DNA of 64,000 nucleotides from contig CBDCWI010000002.1 of the NCBI GenBank assembly GCA_965223325.1, forward strand, positions 1,024,001 to 1,088,000, in the 5' to 3' direction. Numbering within the stretch: the first letter of the stretch is position 1; each line of letters starts with the position of its first letter. The notes under the pieces are model-generated. The model made no database searches, had not been told where the DNA came from, and was given only the letters and a program-made list of their open reading frames with translations. Below, piece by piece: positions 9,745 through 22,041 of the stretch. Made by a program: the position numbers and the translations under genes. The DNA is from Candidatus Multivoradales bacterium (GTDB lineage Bacteria; Acidobacteriota; Thermoanaerobaculia; Multivoradales; Multivoraceae).

Positions 9745-11874
9745 TCAAAAGGAGAGGCCGTAGGTGACGTAGCCGGTCAGCGGGACACCCAGGGTGCCGG
9801 CACCGTAGGAAGAACCGTCGCTATCTCGACGCACGCGCACGACGCGGGTGTCGTACTCGGTGTCGAAGAGATTCTCAATGCGCACACCGATGCGGTGGCG
9901 GCCATCGCGTCCCAGGCGAAGCTGACCGGCAAGGTCGGCGACGGCGTAACCGCCGTGCTCTACGCGGCCAACACCCCCGCCCACGGCGTCGTAGATCTCA
10001 CCGACATGATGGATCGTCGCCGATAATCGAAACGGCAGCGCGTCGGGTCGCCAGTCGAGTCCCAGGCGAGCGGTCGAGAGTGGAATGTCGGGGATTTGTT
10101 CCGAGGTACCGCGGGCTTCGGCCTCGACTCGGGTGTAGCCAAAGGTGCCGGAGATGTCAGGGCGGAGGTCGAAGCCTCCGCTCACTTCCCAACCGAACAT
10201 CTCGACCTCGTCGGCGGTGTTGACAATCAGGCCATCCGGAAACGCCGGCAACGAGTAGTCGATCGAGATCAGGTCGTCGATCTGGCGATCAAAAACAGTC
10301 GCCTCCCAGTAGAAGCGCTGCGCACGGCCGCCGAGGCCCATCTCGGCGTTCCAGCTCTCCTCGCCCACCAGGTTCGGGTTGCCCTTCTCGCAACACGGGT
10401 CGATGACGTAGAGCTCATAGGCCGACGGCAGACGAAAGGACGTACCAACCTGTCCGCGACCGTAGAGGCTTTCGTTGAAGTCGACGGCACCCGAGACGTT
10501 CCACACCGTCTTCGCCTCGCCATCGGACGGTTCGTTGTGGCGGCCCCCGACTGCCAGGCGCGCACCCTGGAAGCTGTCGAAGTCGAAGCGTATCTGCGTA
10601 AACACCGCATCGACGCTCTCCGTTTGCTGGCCAATGATGAAGACGTCGTCGCGACCTTCGTAGCTCTGATGGTCGTAGCCAAACAACCAGGTGACCTCGT
10701 CTTGCAGGTCGAGTTCAGCGAGAATATTGAGACCGTAGTCGGTGAACTGCCAGATGTCAGCATCTGAGCGCACGATGAGGTTGCCCGGGTTCGCGAGGTC
10801 GTTGTCGACACGGGTGAAGGTCGAGTCCCAGTCGTGCCAGTACGCCTTGGCGAAGAGATCGAAAGCCTGCGTGGGGCTCCAGTCGAGCTTGGCGAGGATG
10901 ACCTCTTCATCGCGCTCGTTGAAGGAGCGTGCCCGATCTTCCGCCGCCGCGAAATCGAGTTCGCCATCGGTGTGCTGAGCCTGGCCCGAGAACAGGAGAT
11001 CCTCGGTGAGCGCCACCCGATAGCGCGCGCCGAAAGTCGTCACGTCGTAGCCACGTTCGCGGTCGGTGGCACTGGGCTGATAGTCATGGTCTCGGAAGGG
11101 TTGGAACCCGTCAGCCCGATCGTTCGAAGCATGCACGACGAAACGATGAATGCCCTTGCCGCCCCGCCAGGAGCCGGCCAGGTGGGTCCCGTCGTTACTG
11201 TCGAGACCCGCCGAGAGTTGACCTTCCGGCTTCGCCCTGTGACTGAGGGTGACGACATTGACCACTCCACCAACCGACTGGGTGCCATAGAACAGGCTCT
11301 GACCGCCCTTGAGCACTTCGACGCGTTCGATGACATTCGCCGGCAGCGTGTCGAGCGGCGACGTCGTATCGTAGAGCCGGTTCGAGATCCGCACGCCATC
11401 GACCAACCAGAGAATGTCTTTGCCGCGTGATCCCTGAAGTGAGGCGTTGACGTAGTCGAAAGGCCCGTTCTTCGGTGAAACGTAGAGACCGGGCACCTGG
11501 GTGGTGAGCACCTGGCTGACGTCGATGTAGCCGCCGGTCTCGACGGTTTCATGGCTCACCTGTTCGACGCGCGCACCGTACTCCTCGAGCTCGAGCGGCA
11601 GCGACTCCTCGAGGCGTTCGCCGACGACAACGATCACATCCTCGGCGACCGGCGACTCGTCGTCTTGTTCTTGCTCCTGGGCTTCCGCTGCTGCCGGATG
11701 GGTCGCGACAAACGCGTACAGCACCGCGATGGCGACCGGCCAAGCGGCGGAGGCAACGATTCGGGCAGTCACAGTTCGGGCAGTCACGTCACACAACGCA
11801 GAAACTCCGTTCCTCGAAAGAGCAAGGGGCCCTCGAGGCCGCCTACGAGAGGACTGCGAGCCCATCCAGGCCAA
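9745..11874 (-). CDS. TonB-dependent receptor
   Basis: TonB box (DVIVVVG), plug motif IERVEVLKGGQSLFYG..VGGVVNVVT, IENLFD, terminal Phe. Start uncertain. Confidence 0.9.
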   Translation of the reverse strand: MAWMGSQSSRRRPRGPLALSRNGVSALCDVTARTVTARIVASAAWPVAIAVLYAFVATHPAAAEAQEQEQDDESPVAEDVIVVVGERLEESLPLELEEYGARVEQVSHETVETGGYIDVSQVLTTQVPGLYVSPKNGPFDYVNASLQGSRGKDILWLVDGVRISNRLYDTTSPLDTLPANVIERVEVLKGGQSLFYGTQSVGGVVNVVTLSHRAKPEGQLSAGLDSNDGTHLAGSWRGGKGIHRFVVHASNDRADGFQPFRDHDYQPSATDRERGYDVTTFGARYRVALTEDLLFSGQAQHTDGELDFAAAEDRARSFNERDEEVILAKLDWSPTQAFDLFAKAYWHDWDSTFTRVDNDLANPGNLIVRSDADIWQFTDYGLNILAELDLQDEVTWLFGYDHQSYEGRDDVFIIGQQTESVDAVFTQIRFDFDSFQGARLAVGGRHNEPSDGEAKTVWNVSGAVDFNESLYGRGQVGTSFRLPSAYELYVIDPCCEKGNPNLVGEESWNAEMGLGGRAQRFYWEATVFDRQIDDLISIDYSLPAFPDGLIVNTADEVEMFGWEVSGGFDLRPDISGTFGYTRVEAEARGTSEQIPDIPLSTARLGLDWRPDALPFRLSATIHHVGEIYDAVGGGVGRVEHGGYAVADLAGQLRLGRDGRHRIGVRIENLFDTEYDTRVVRVRRDSDGSSYGAGTLGVPLTGYVTYGLSF

Positions 11875-12110
11875 GAGGAAAAGACCACGCTACCAGACGC
11901 AACCAACGCTTCGACGGTCGCCCGGGCTCACCGTTGTCACGGTTTTCCGTGGTGAGGGAAGAGCCCCAACGCAGGTCAACCCGGCCTTGGTGTCTTCTCA
12001 GCATTCTTGCTTCGCGTTCCCTGCGCGTCAGCCCGCATGTCGCCCGCGCGCCCCGTCATCCTGCTAGCCTCGTCTTCTTCCGCCAACCAAGAACTTCGCG
12101 AGGTAAACGA

Positions 12111-12389
12111 ATGGGAATCCTCTCCTGGATCGTGATCGGACTGATTGTCGGCGCACTGGCCAAACTCTTGATGCCAGGCGACGACGGTGGGGGTTTCATC
12201 ACCACCACCCTGCTCGGAATTGCCGGCGCGTTCCTGGGCGGGGCGATTGGAACGCAGCTGGGAGTTGGGGCCTTCGAGGGCTTCGATCCGATGAGCATGG
12301 CTCTCGCTGTCGGCGGCGCTTTTCTCCTCTTGCTGGCCAAGAACCTCATCTTCAAGCGCACCAAGAGCAGCGACAAGAAGAAGGCCTAG
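12111..12389 (+). CDS. GlsB/YeaQ/YmgE family (transglycosylase-associated) membrane protein
   Basis: MGILSWIVIGLIVGALAKLLMPG..TTLLGIAGAFLGG, with GAGG RBS. Confidence 0.9.
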   Translation: MGILSWIVIGLIVGALAKLLMPGDDGGGFITTTLLGIAGAFLGGAIGTQLGVGAFEGFDPMSMALAVGGAFLLLLAKNLIFKRTKSSDKKKA

Positions 12390-12450
12390 GCTCCCGTTCC
12401 CGGCGAAGGCCGGCGCATGGCTGTGCGTTCTGACCGGGACTTGACCCGAG

Positions 12451-15400
12451 ATGTCTGATCCGACCCCTCCCGTCGACGAGCCGGTTGAACGCAAACCAGG
12501 GCGCGCGCCTCGTCTCAAGGTAGCGCTGGCGATCCTCGCGCTCCTCCTTCTCCTGATGGTGGTGGTTGGGGTCTCTCTTCTGGCGACGGCTCCGGGCCGG
12601 AGCCTAGTCACCGCTCGGGTCATCGACGCCGCCGCCTCGGCTGGCCTCGAACTCGAGGTCGGGGACTGGCGCCTCAGCCGCTGTGCATTGGCTGGTAACG
12701 CCGGCCCCAAGGTCGAGCCCATCGCCGGCTCGGGCGTGCTGGTCACTGGCCTGGTCGTAGAGAACGCTCTCGGTGAGCGCCTGCTTCGGATCGAACGCGC
12801 CTGCGTCGTGCCACGTTGGCGGTCGCTCTTCGGTGCGCCACGACAGCTGGCGTGGGTCGAGGTTCAAGGCGTCGATGCCACCACCCAGGGTTGGCCCGAG
12901 GCCGAAGACGAGGAACCCGAGGCACCGCTCCGCGAGCTCCCGGTCGAGATCGACCAGCTGCTGGTGAGCCAGGCCAACCTCGAGCTGCCCGAGCAGGCGC
13001 CCCTCGACTCGAACCCAGACCCGTCGCTCGCAGCAAGTCTGCCCGGTCTCGATCAACCGTGGTTGGCCAGGATCCGTGGCGCGACACTCGCAGGTCGACT
13101 GTCGAGAACCGCAACCGACCTTCGCCTGACCGCCGGGCTCGAGATCGCAGGCGGAAGTTTCAAACCCCAGACGGTCGAGGTCGAAGCAAGCGCCAACGGC
13201 GCGCTCCCTGGACAACTGAGGCTCGACCCCCTGCGCGCACGGGGCGAAGGAATCGATCTCGAGGTTGCACTGGCGGTGCTCACCGAGAAGTTCGGCTTCG
13301 GCGAAGCCGGCAGTGACAGCCAGGACCCGGCCGCTCATGTCGTCGTCAACGTCGAAATCGAACCCGAACGACTGCTGGTGTTCGGCGACAACCACCAGAT
13401 CAACGCGGCGGTAACCGGCGACTTGGACCTCAGGATGGCAGACGGCTTTGGCAACCGATCGTCGCCGCCCATCAGTGGAAGCGCGAAGCTTCGAATCAGC
13501 GACCTGGCGGGCGAAGACATCGCCCCCTGGGTCGGCCTCCTCGGACTGGATACCACCCCGAGTGACGCCTACCGTGGCCTCGAGGCAACCACGACACGGC
13601 TGGCGCTCGACGTCGAAGTCTCGGCGAGCGAGCACGGGAATCTGATGACGGTCGAGGGCGACGGGCTCACGGTCGAAGAACACCTCGAAGGAGAGCGCGA
13701 CCTGATCCGCTTCGAGACCCAGATCAGCGCCCTCGAGCTCGACCACCTACAGTCTTTGGAAATCGGCGAAGCCAGGGTCGACTTCGCCCTCGCCGTCGAT
13801 GCACTGCCTGTTGAACGCTTGCTCCTCCTTGCCGGCCGCACCCCGCCGCCTGAGCTCGCTGGCACCAGCGCGCATCTGCAGGCGAAACTGCAACGGGTCA
13901 CGGATGTCGCACCCGAGCGGCTCGTCGGTGAGCTCACCGGCCGACTCGACGATTCTGCCGGCCGAGCGCTGATTCGTGCCGCCATCGCCGGCTGGCAAGT
14001 CCCCGTAGACGGTGGAACGCTCGACACCGATGGCATGCAGGGCACGCTGGAGCTGGTTTCCCATGACCTTGCGGGCGAACGGCTCCTCGACCTGCTGCGG
14101 GCGGCTGGCGTCCTCGACGACCCGGCGCTCGCCGAGCACGCTGAAGCGAGCCTGCCCGAAACCACTTTCGACCTGGCCATGGCAGGCGAGCTGAGCGGAC
14201 TCGGGGTCATCACCTCCTCCGTCGACGGGGTCTTCGACTGGACCAGCGAGAAGCAGGCCGCCGCCGAAGACCTGGCCGTGGTGCGACTTTCTGGCAAGAC
14301 CGGCGCGTCGGGTCGTATGGCGAGTGGTTCTTCACTCGCCCTGGTCGCCGACCTGCTGCCTGAACAGCCGGGCACTCGCCACCTCGATCTCGAAGTGGCA
14401 GGTGGGCGTCTCGACCTCACGGAAGCGGGCGCCTTGTCCCCCCGCCATCTCGTGGTTGGAGGAGCCCTGGCAATCGAGAGCGCTGAACTCGCATCGACCC
14501 TCAACGCCCTCCATCGACATCTGCCAACCCTCGTGCCAGCGGTCGCCAGTTCGACTGACGACGCCGCGGATCCCGTCGCCTACCTCGCCGGCCCCCTGAA
14601 ACTCACCGCCGCGATCGACGGCCAGCAACGCTCCGCGCCCTTCCGGTTGACCGTCGACGGAGAACTCCGTGCGCAACCCACCGCCACCGAGGGTGGGGAA
14701 AGCCTCGCAGGCGCCATCGACCTCAGCGGCGGTCTCGCATTCCCACGACGTGATCTCAAAGCGGCACACGGCGAGATCATCCTCAACGTCGACGCCCTCG
14801 ATCTCGCCGCTCTCGGTGCCCCTCTCGAAGGTCGTCTGACTACCCGAGTCTCCTGGGACGCGGCGCGCCCCGAGGAGCTCAGCGTGCGATCTCTCACCGC
14901 CCGTCAGGGCACGCGGACCGTCGACTCGAGCGGTCAGCTGTCGCTCGCCTGGCCGCCCGGGCCGAGCGCGCTCTCCGTCCGTGTCGACGGTGAGACTCTG
15001 GGCATCGAAACCATGACGTTGGCGCTCCGGCACGACGAACACGGTCTGGTGGTCGACGCAACCGACCTCGCCACTCGATCGGGCCCAGGCGCACTGCATG
15101 TCGAGGCCAGCCATCCAGCGCTCGCAGCGTTGCTCGAGGAGCTTCGAAACGGCACCGACCTGACAGGTCCGATCGGGGAACTGATCGAAAGCTGGAAACA
15201 TCACCAAGGCTCGGAGCTGATCGAGCTACACCTCGAGTTACCATCTGTCGTCGCGCGCGGGGGTAAGGCTCTGGCTCTGGAAGAGACCGGGTTCGACGCT
15301 TCGCCCGGTGTTGTGCTGGTGCGCGAACCGCCGGCTCCCGGCGAAGCTGCTCTGGTCACCGGCGATGGTGCTTCAGCGCTCGGCCGCTGGGATCTCGAGA

Positions 15401-18400
15401 TCGACGGCCTGGCACTGGAGGCGAGGTTCGACCCCCGCTCTCCGATGACACGACCGGCGCGGCTCCGGCTCGACCGACTCGCTCTCGCCACCGATCGCGG
15501 CGACGTTCGCACAGCGGCCCCGGTTGTAGTCGCCCTGCGTGACGCCGCGGTCGCTGCCGAGACTGTCGCACTCGAAGTGTCCGGGCGTCCGTTTCGCCTC
15601 GAGGCGGGTGCGGCCCTCGATCCGGCACTGCGGCTCGCCGACCTCTTGTCGCCGGACGCGACCGACGGGACACCCCCACCATCACCGGTGACATCGGTGA
15701 CCGTGGCTGCCGACGGCGAGCTCGACCTCGAGTTGATTGCATCGCTCGTCCCGGGGGTCATTCCCCAGGGGATCGCAACGATCGACCTCGACCTCGAAGG
15801 GCCACCCGGCGCATTGTCAGGTAGTTTCGACGTCGACGGTGAGGAGGCCACCCTGGTCTGGCCGGTGCCCTACCCCACCCACCTATCAGCGCCGAAACTG
15901 CACGGGCGCCTGGACCAGGGTCGCCTGCTGCTCGAGCAAGCCCGCTCTGGCCTCAACGAAGGCCAACTCGAGATCACGGGTTCGATCGATCCTAGAGAGG
16001 CCATCGACCTCGACATCGCACTCACCGACGTGCGCTACCGCCTCGACTACGGCGTGAGCTCAATCGTCGACGGGGCACTCGATCTACATCTGCCGATGGC
16101 GGTGTTCGAACCCGAACCTGCGGACGGTGAGTCTCCGCGCGGGCGAATCGGCGGAAACGTCGACGTGAGGCGGGGGCTCCTGCGTCGCGACGTCGACCTC
16201 GAGCGCGAAGTCCTCGGGGCACTGTTCACACCCACCACCGGCGTCGCCGGTGCCAACAACCCCGGCCGCAGAATCGATCTCGATCTCGAGATCACCACCC
16301 GCGAGGGCCTGCGGGTTCGCAACAACGTCGCCGACCTGCGGGTTCTGTGGAGTCCCATCAAGGTTCGCGGCACCGCAGCAGCGCCGCTCGTCGACGGCAT
16401 CCTCGACGTCGACCCTGGCGGGCTGATCACCGCCTACGGCCAGACCGTTCGCCTCGATGCAGCAACCGTGACCCTGCGCGGTCAACCAGGAGTCGAGCCC
16501 GAGCTCGAACTGGTCACCACTAGCTCCCTCGAGGACCCGAGTGTCGGCCAGCGCGACCGGCGCTCGCTCGATCCTTTCGAGCGGCCGCCTGAGCAGGCCA
16601 ACGCCTCGGCCGGCGAAGCGGTGACCTCGGGTCTTTCGGGCTACTTCGCCGAGCGCGTGATGGGCGGCGTCGGTAACGCGGTCTCGGGACCATGGCTCGG
16701 GGGCTTTACGATCCGACCGATCCTGATCCTCACCGAGTCTGACCCCCATGCGCGCGTACTCGTCACCCGTGACCTCACCCGGCACGTCGGCCTCGGCGCC
16801 TCGATCAATATGCGCACCGCCCAGGATCGCACCTACCTGCTCGACTTTCATGAGTTTCGCGGGCTGCCCAGCCTCTCGGGCACGATCTTCACCAACGAGT
16901 CGGAGAACCAGGGGTTGACGCTGCAGCAGGTGCTCGAGCTCGGCCCGGGCTACCGAAGCCGCGGACCACAGATCGGCAAGATCGCAGTCGACATCGCCGA
17001 CTCGGAAAACCCGGCTGCACCGGCACCGAGACGGCTCGTGCGCGCCGTATCGTTCGAGCGCGGTGATCAGTACCCACCGGAAGGCATCGCATTCGACGTC
17101 GAAATCGAGGTCGAGGAGGCGCTGCGACGGCGCGGGTTCTCAGACCCCCGGGTTCGCGCTCGTGAAACCGCGCGCAAGAACCGGGTCGACCTGTCGATCG
17201 ATGTTCTAGCCGGTGAGCGTGCCGCGGTCACCTTCGTGGGAATCGAGCCGCCGCGGCGGCTTCGCCGCGCGATCGCCCTCACCTACCGCAGCGACTACGG
17301 AGAGGTCGCGGCGCTGTCTGAGATGCGGAATCAGACCGTTGCCGCCCTCGAATCGATTGGCTGGCTCACCCCTACCGTCGAAGTCGAACGACGAATGGCT
17401 CCTCCGAACAAAGAGCGCGCCGACGATGCACCCCAGCGACTGGTCACCGTTCGCTCGGCTGCCGAGCAGCGCGTCAAGCTCGGCAACCTGCGCCTCGACG
17501 GACTTCCCGAGCAGGAGACCGTGCTCCTGAGCGAGCGCTACGCCTCGCTCAGGAGCCGCGTCGCGCTGGCGCGCGAAGACGACCACACGGCACGCGACGG
17601 TCTTCTCGAGCTGCTCGCCGACCTCGGCTGGCCGGCCGCTCGGATCACCTCCTTCGCGATCGAAGACGACGGCGATACCCTGCGACTGGATCTGGACCCA
17701 GGTCGGCGCGCGACCTGGGAGCGCGTCGTCCTCGCCGGCGAGGAGACGCTCGCGGGAGAGGGCACGCCCTCCGAAGAGGAGCGCCAGAAGCTGCTCGAGG
17801 AGATCCGCAGCGAGAATGCCGGCATCGAGGTCGGGGAACCGGCTTCGACCTTGGCGGCTGCGCGCGCCGCTGCCGCCATCGAGAGCCTGTTGCGCAAAGA
17901 GGGCTATGCCGACGCGCGGGTTCTAGCTCGCCGGTCGGCTGTTCTCGCGAACGACCAGGTCACCGACCCGACCCTCGACATCACGATCGATTCCGGACCG
18001 CGCTATCGGATCGACAGCGTACGGGTCGAAGGCCTCGAGGCGACCCACGAACCCTGGGCGGCAAGCGTCACCGATGCGGGCGACGGAGAGACCCTCGACG
18101 CTCGCACTCTCGCCCACGCCCGCCGGCGCCTGCTCGGTACCGGCCTCTTTCGCACCGTCTACCTCGAACCGCAGAAGCAACCCGACGGTTCGGTGACCCT
18201 GGTCGTTGGCGCCGAAGAGCACCCGCGTTACTCCTTCGGCTACGGCTTGCGCTGGGAGACCGAAGAGGGCGGCGGAGTGGTCGCAGACCTGGTCGATCGC
18301 AACTTTCTCGGCCGGGGCATTCAGGTCGGCTTGCGCGGTCTCTACACCGAGCACCGCGAGTCAGGGCGCCTGTACACGACGCTGCCGCGAGTCTTTGGCA

Positions 18401-19209
18401 GTCGCTATTCGATCGAGAGCTTCGCCGAGCTGCGCTCCGAGGACGACGATGGCCTCCTGAGCGACACTTTCGAAGCGTCGCTGCAACTCTCACGACCGGT
18501 GAGTGAGTTGGGCACTGCCAGGGTCTACGCCCGCTACCTGCGCGAACGCCTGCGAGAAACCGCCGGTGGACCACTCCAGGACGTCGAGCAGGTGGTGCGC
18601 AGTCCATTCGTGGGCGTGCAGTACCTGTGGGACAACCGTGCCGATCCGTTCTCGGGAACCGGCGGACTGTTTGCCAGCGTCGACCTGAGCGGCTCGGGCG
18701 ACTTCCTGGGCAGTGACTTCGGCTACGTCAGGCTCTTCGGCCAGCTGCAATGGACCCGGCCCGCCTTCCGTGCCCTGGGGCGCGATTTCGTCTGGGCGCA
18801 GTCGCTGCGCATGGGCCTGACCGAAGAGACCGAGAACCACATCCTGCGTGACCTGCGCTTCTTTGCCGGCGGCGAGTACTCGCTGCGCGGCTACCCCACC
18901 GAGAGCCTGGGACCCTTCGAGACCTTCGGCATGGTCGAACGACCCCAGGGCGGCCTGTCGCTCCTGGTGCTGAACCAGGAGCTGCGCTTCCCGATTGCCG
19001 GCCGATTCGGCGGCGTCTTGTTCTATGACCTGGGGAACGTCTGGCCCGAGCGCTCCGACTTCGGGCAGGACTTCGTCGACTCGCTGGGCCTGGGCCTGCG
19101 CATGCATTCGCCGATCGGTCTGATTCGCCTGGACGCCGGCTTCCCGCTCGACCGGCGCCCCGAGGAGCGCTCGGTGCGTTTCTACCTCGGCCTCGGCCAA
19201 GTCTTCTAG
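12451..19209 (+). CDS. TamB/AsmA-like protein fused to POTRA domains and an Omp85 (TamA/BamA-type) barrel
   Basis: N-terminal TM anchor, long amphipathic beta-strand region, DUF490-like segment, POTRA-like repeats (GPRYRIDSVRVEG), FFAGGEYSLRGY motif and C-terminal FYLGLGQVF. One uninterrupted 2252-aa frame. Confidence 0.8.
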   Translation: MSDPTPPVDEPVERKPGRAPRLKVALAILALLLLLMVVVGVSLLATAPGRSLVTARVIDAAASAGLELEVGDWRLSRCALAGNAGPKVEPIAGSGVLVTGLVVENALGERLLRIERACVVPRWRSLFGAPRQLAWVEVQGVDATTQGWPEAEDEEPEAPLRELPVEIDQLLVSQANLELPEQAPLDSNPDPSLAASLPGLDQPWLARIRGATLAGRLSRTATDLRLTAGLEIAGGSFKPQTVEVEASANGALPGQLRLDPLRARGEGIDLEVALAVLTEKFGFGEAGSDSQDPAAHVVVNVEIEPERLLVFGDNHQINAAVTGDLDLRMADGFGNRSSPPISGSAKLRISDLAGEDIAPWVGLLGLDTTPSDAYRGLEATTTRLALDVEVSASEHGNLMTVEGDGLTVEEHLEGERDLIRFETQISALELDHLQSLEIGEARVDFALAVDALPVERLLLLAGRTPPPELAGTSAHLQAKLQRVTDVAPERLVGELTGRLDDSAGRALIRAAIAGWQVPVDGGTLDTDGMQGTLELVSHDLAGERLLDLLRAAGVLDDPALAEHAEASLPETTFDLAMAGELSGLGVITSSVDGVFDWTSEKQAAAEDLAVVRLSGKTGASGRMASGSSLALVADLLPEQPGTRHLDLEVAGGRLDLTEAGALSPRHLVVGGALAIESAELASTLNALHRHLPTLVPAVASSTDDAADPVAYLAGPLKLTAAIDGQQRSAPFRLTVDGELRAQPTATEGGESLAGAIDLSGGLAFPRRDLKAAHGEIILNVDALDLAALGAPLEGRLTTRVSWDAARPEELSVRSLTARQGTRTVDSSGQLSLAWPPGPSALSVRVDGETLGIETMTLALRHDEHGLVVDATDLATRSGPGALHVEASHPALAALLEELRNGTDLTGPIGELIESWKHHQGSELIELHLELPSVVARGGKALALEETGFDASPGVVLVREPPAPGEAALVTGDGASALGRWDLEIDGLALEARFDPRSPMTRPARLRLDRLALATDRGDVRTAAPVVVALRDAAVAAETVALEVSGRPFRLEAGAALDPALRLADLLSPDATDGTPPPSPVTSVTVAADGELDLELIASLVPGVIPQGIATIDLDLEGPPGALSGSFDVDGEEATLVWPVPYPTHLSAPKLHGRLDQGRLLLEQARSGLNEGQLEITGSIDPREAIDLDIALTDVRYRLDYGVSSIVDGALDLHLPMAVFEPEPADGESPRGRIGGNVDVRRGLLRRDVDLEREVLGALFTPTTGVAGANNPGRRIDLDLEITTREGLRVRNNVADLRVLWSPIKVRGTAAAPLVDGILDVDPGGLITAYGQTVRLDAATVTLRGQPGVEPELELVTTSSLEDPSVGQRDRRSLDPFERPPEQANASAGEAVTSGLSGYFAERVMGGVGNAVSGPWLGGFTIRPILILTESDPHARVLVTRDLTRHVGLGASINMRTAQDRTYLLDFHEFRGLPSLSGTIFTNESENQGLTLQQVLELGPGYRSRGPQIGKIAVDIADSENPAAPAPRRLVRAVSFERGDQYPPEGIAFDVEIEVEEALRRRGFSDPRVRARETARKNRVDLSIDVLAGERAAVTFVGIEPPRRLRRAIALTYRSDYGEVAALSEMRNQTVAALESIGWLTPTVEVERRMAPPNKERADDAPQRLVTVRSAAEQRVKLGNLRLDGLPEQETVLLSERYASLRSRVALAREDDHTARDGLLELLADLGWPAARITSFAIEDDGDTLRLDLDPGRRATWERVVLAGEETLAGEGTPSEEERQKLLEEIRSENAGIEVGEPASTLAAARAAAAIESLLRKEGYADARVLARRSAVLANDQVTDPTLDITIDSGPRYRIDSVRVEGLEATHEPWAASVTDAGDGETLDARTLAHARRRLLGTGLFRTVYLEPQKQPDGSVTLVVGAEEHPRYSFGYGLRWETEEGGGVVADLVDRNFLGRGIQVGLRGLYTEHRESGRLYTTLPRVFGSRYSIESFAELRSEDDDGLLSDTFEASLQLSRPVSELGTARVYARYLRERLRETAGGPLQDVEQVVRSPFVGVQYLWDNRADPFSGTGGLFASVDLSGSGDFLGSDFGYVRLFGQLQWTRPAFRALGRDFVWAQSLRMGLTEETENHILRDLRFFAGGEYSLRGYPTESLGPFETFGMVERPQGGLSLLVLNQELRFPIAGRFGGVLFYDLGNVWPERSDFGQDFVDSLGLGLRMHSPIGLIRLDAGFPLDRRPEERSVRFYLGLGQVF

Positions 19210-19215
19210 AGCCTC

Positions 19216-20319
19216 TCAATCCTCACCTGAACTACCCCAGATGTCGCCGACCTTGAAGCCCTCGGGAAACGGATCTTGCGGATCAACGGCATATTGGGCG
19301 AAGCCGGTGATCCAGGCCGTTCCTGAGATCGTGGGGACGACGGCGTCGTAGTCCCCGACCGACGTCGTACGCACCAGGCGGCCAGTGAAGGTCGTGCCGA
19401 GAATGCCCTCGTGAACGAAGTCCTCGCCGAGACCGAGCTCACCGCGGGCATGAAGCACCGCCATCTTGGCGCAGGTTCCGGTACCGCAGGGCGAACGATC
19501 GAGAGCCCCGGTCCAGGTCAACGGGTCTTGCCAGTCGAGGTCGCCTGTCGAAACGACCACCGTGTTGCGGCGGCTGGAGCCCTTGACGAATGGCGGGGCC
19601 GAAAGCTGGCTGATGGTCACTCCGGCAATGCCTGGGTTGGCGGGATGAACGGGTGGTTGCAACTGTTCCTGGCACGCCTTCTTGATCATCTCGCCGGCAC
19701 GCGCCGCCTTGCCGGCCTCCGCGCGGCAGAGGGTCAACCCGAACTGTTCTGCATCGGCAATCACATAGAACATGCCACCGTAGGCGACATCGACCTTGAC
19801 GGTGCCCAGCTCGGGCACCTGGATCTTTTCATCGAGATAAACCGCAAACGCCGGCACGTTTTCGAACTCGACCTGTTTGACCTTGCCGGCTTCGATGTGC
19901 GCCTTGATCTTGATGAGACCGGCCGGCGCTTCGAGGACCAGCTCGGTCATCGGTTCGCGCGCCTCCACCAGGCCGGTTTCGACGAGCACCGTCGCCACCG
20001 CGATGGTGTTGGTCCCCGACATGCCCGGGTACTCGACATGTTCCATGATCACGTAACCTGCGTCCGCGTCCGGGTGAGTCGGCGGCAGAATCAGATTGCA
20101 GTTCGCCGCAGGGTAGCCGCGCGGTTCATTCAACATGCGCTGGCGCAGACCGTCGGCTTTGGTTTCGAGGTAGCGCATCTTCTCGAACATCGTCTCCCCG
20201 GGCACATCGGGAACGCCGCCAACGATCACCCGCCCGGGTTCGCCACACACATGAGTATCGAACGCCGAGATGACATCCGTCATGCGCGCTGGAAGGTTCC
20301 AGGGTTCTTCACCAGACAT
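19216..20319 (-). CDS. Proline racemase superfamily protein (Ser/Cys catalytic pair)
   Basis: HVCGEPGR, EPRG, YPGMSGTN and DRSPCGTGT motifs. Confidence 0.9.
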   Translation of the reverse strand: MSGEEPWNLPARMTDVISAFDTHVCGEPGRVIVGGVPDVPGETMFEKMRYLETKADGLRQRMLNEPRGYPAANCNLILPPTHPDADAGYVIMEHVEYPGMSGTNTIAVATVLVETGLVEAREPMTELVLEAPAGLIKIKAHIEAGKVKQVEFENVPAFAVYLDEKIQVPELGTVKVDVAYGGMFYVIADAEQFGLTLCRAEAGKAARAGEMIKKACQEQLQPPVHPANPGIAGVTISQLSAPPFVKGSSRRNTVVVSTGDLDWQDPLTWTGALDRSPCGTGTCAKMAVLHARGELGLGEDFVHEGILGTTFTGRLVRTTSVGDYDAVVPTISGTAWITGFAQYAVDPQDPFPEGFKVGDIWGSSGED

Positions 20320-20349
20320 CAGGCGGGCTCTCCTTTTCGAGCGACCGCG

Positions 20350-22041
<1,692 letters not shown>

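Noticed and set aside
11875-12110. Cobalamin riboswitch upstream of the TonB receptor
   Set aside because: Conserved elements (GCCACTG, GGGAAG, AGYCAGRA B12 box) are not found in the required order on the minus strand.
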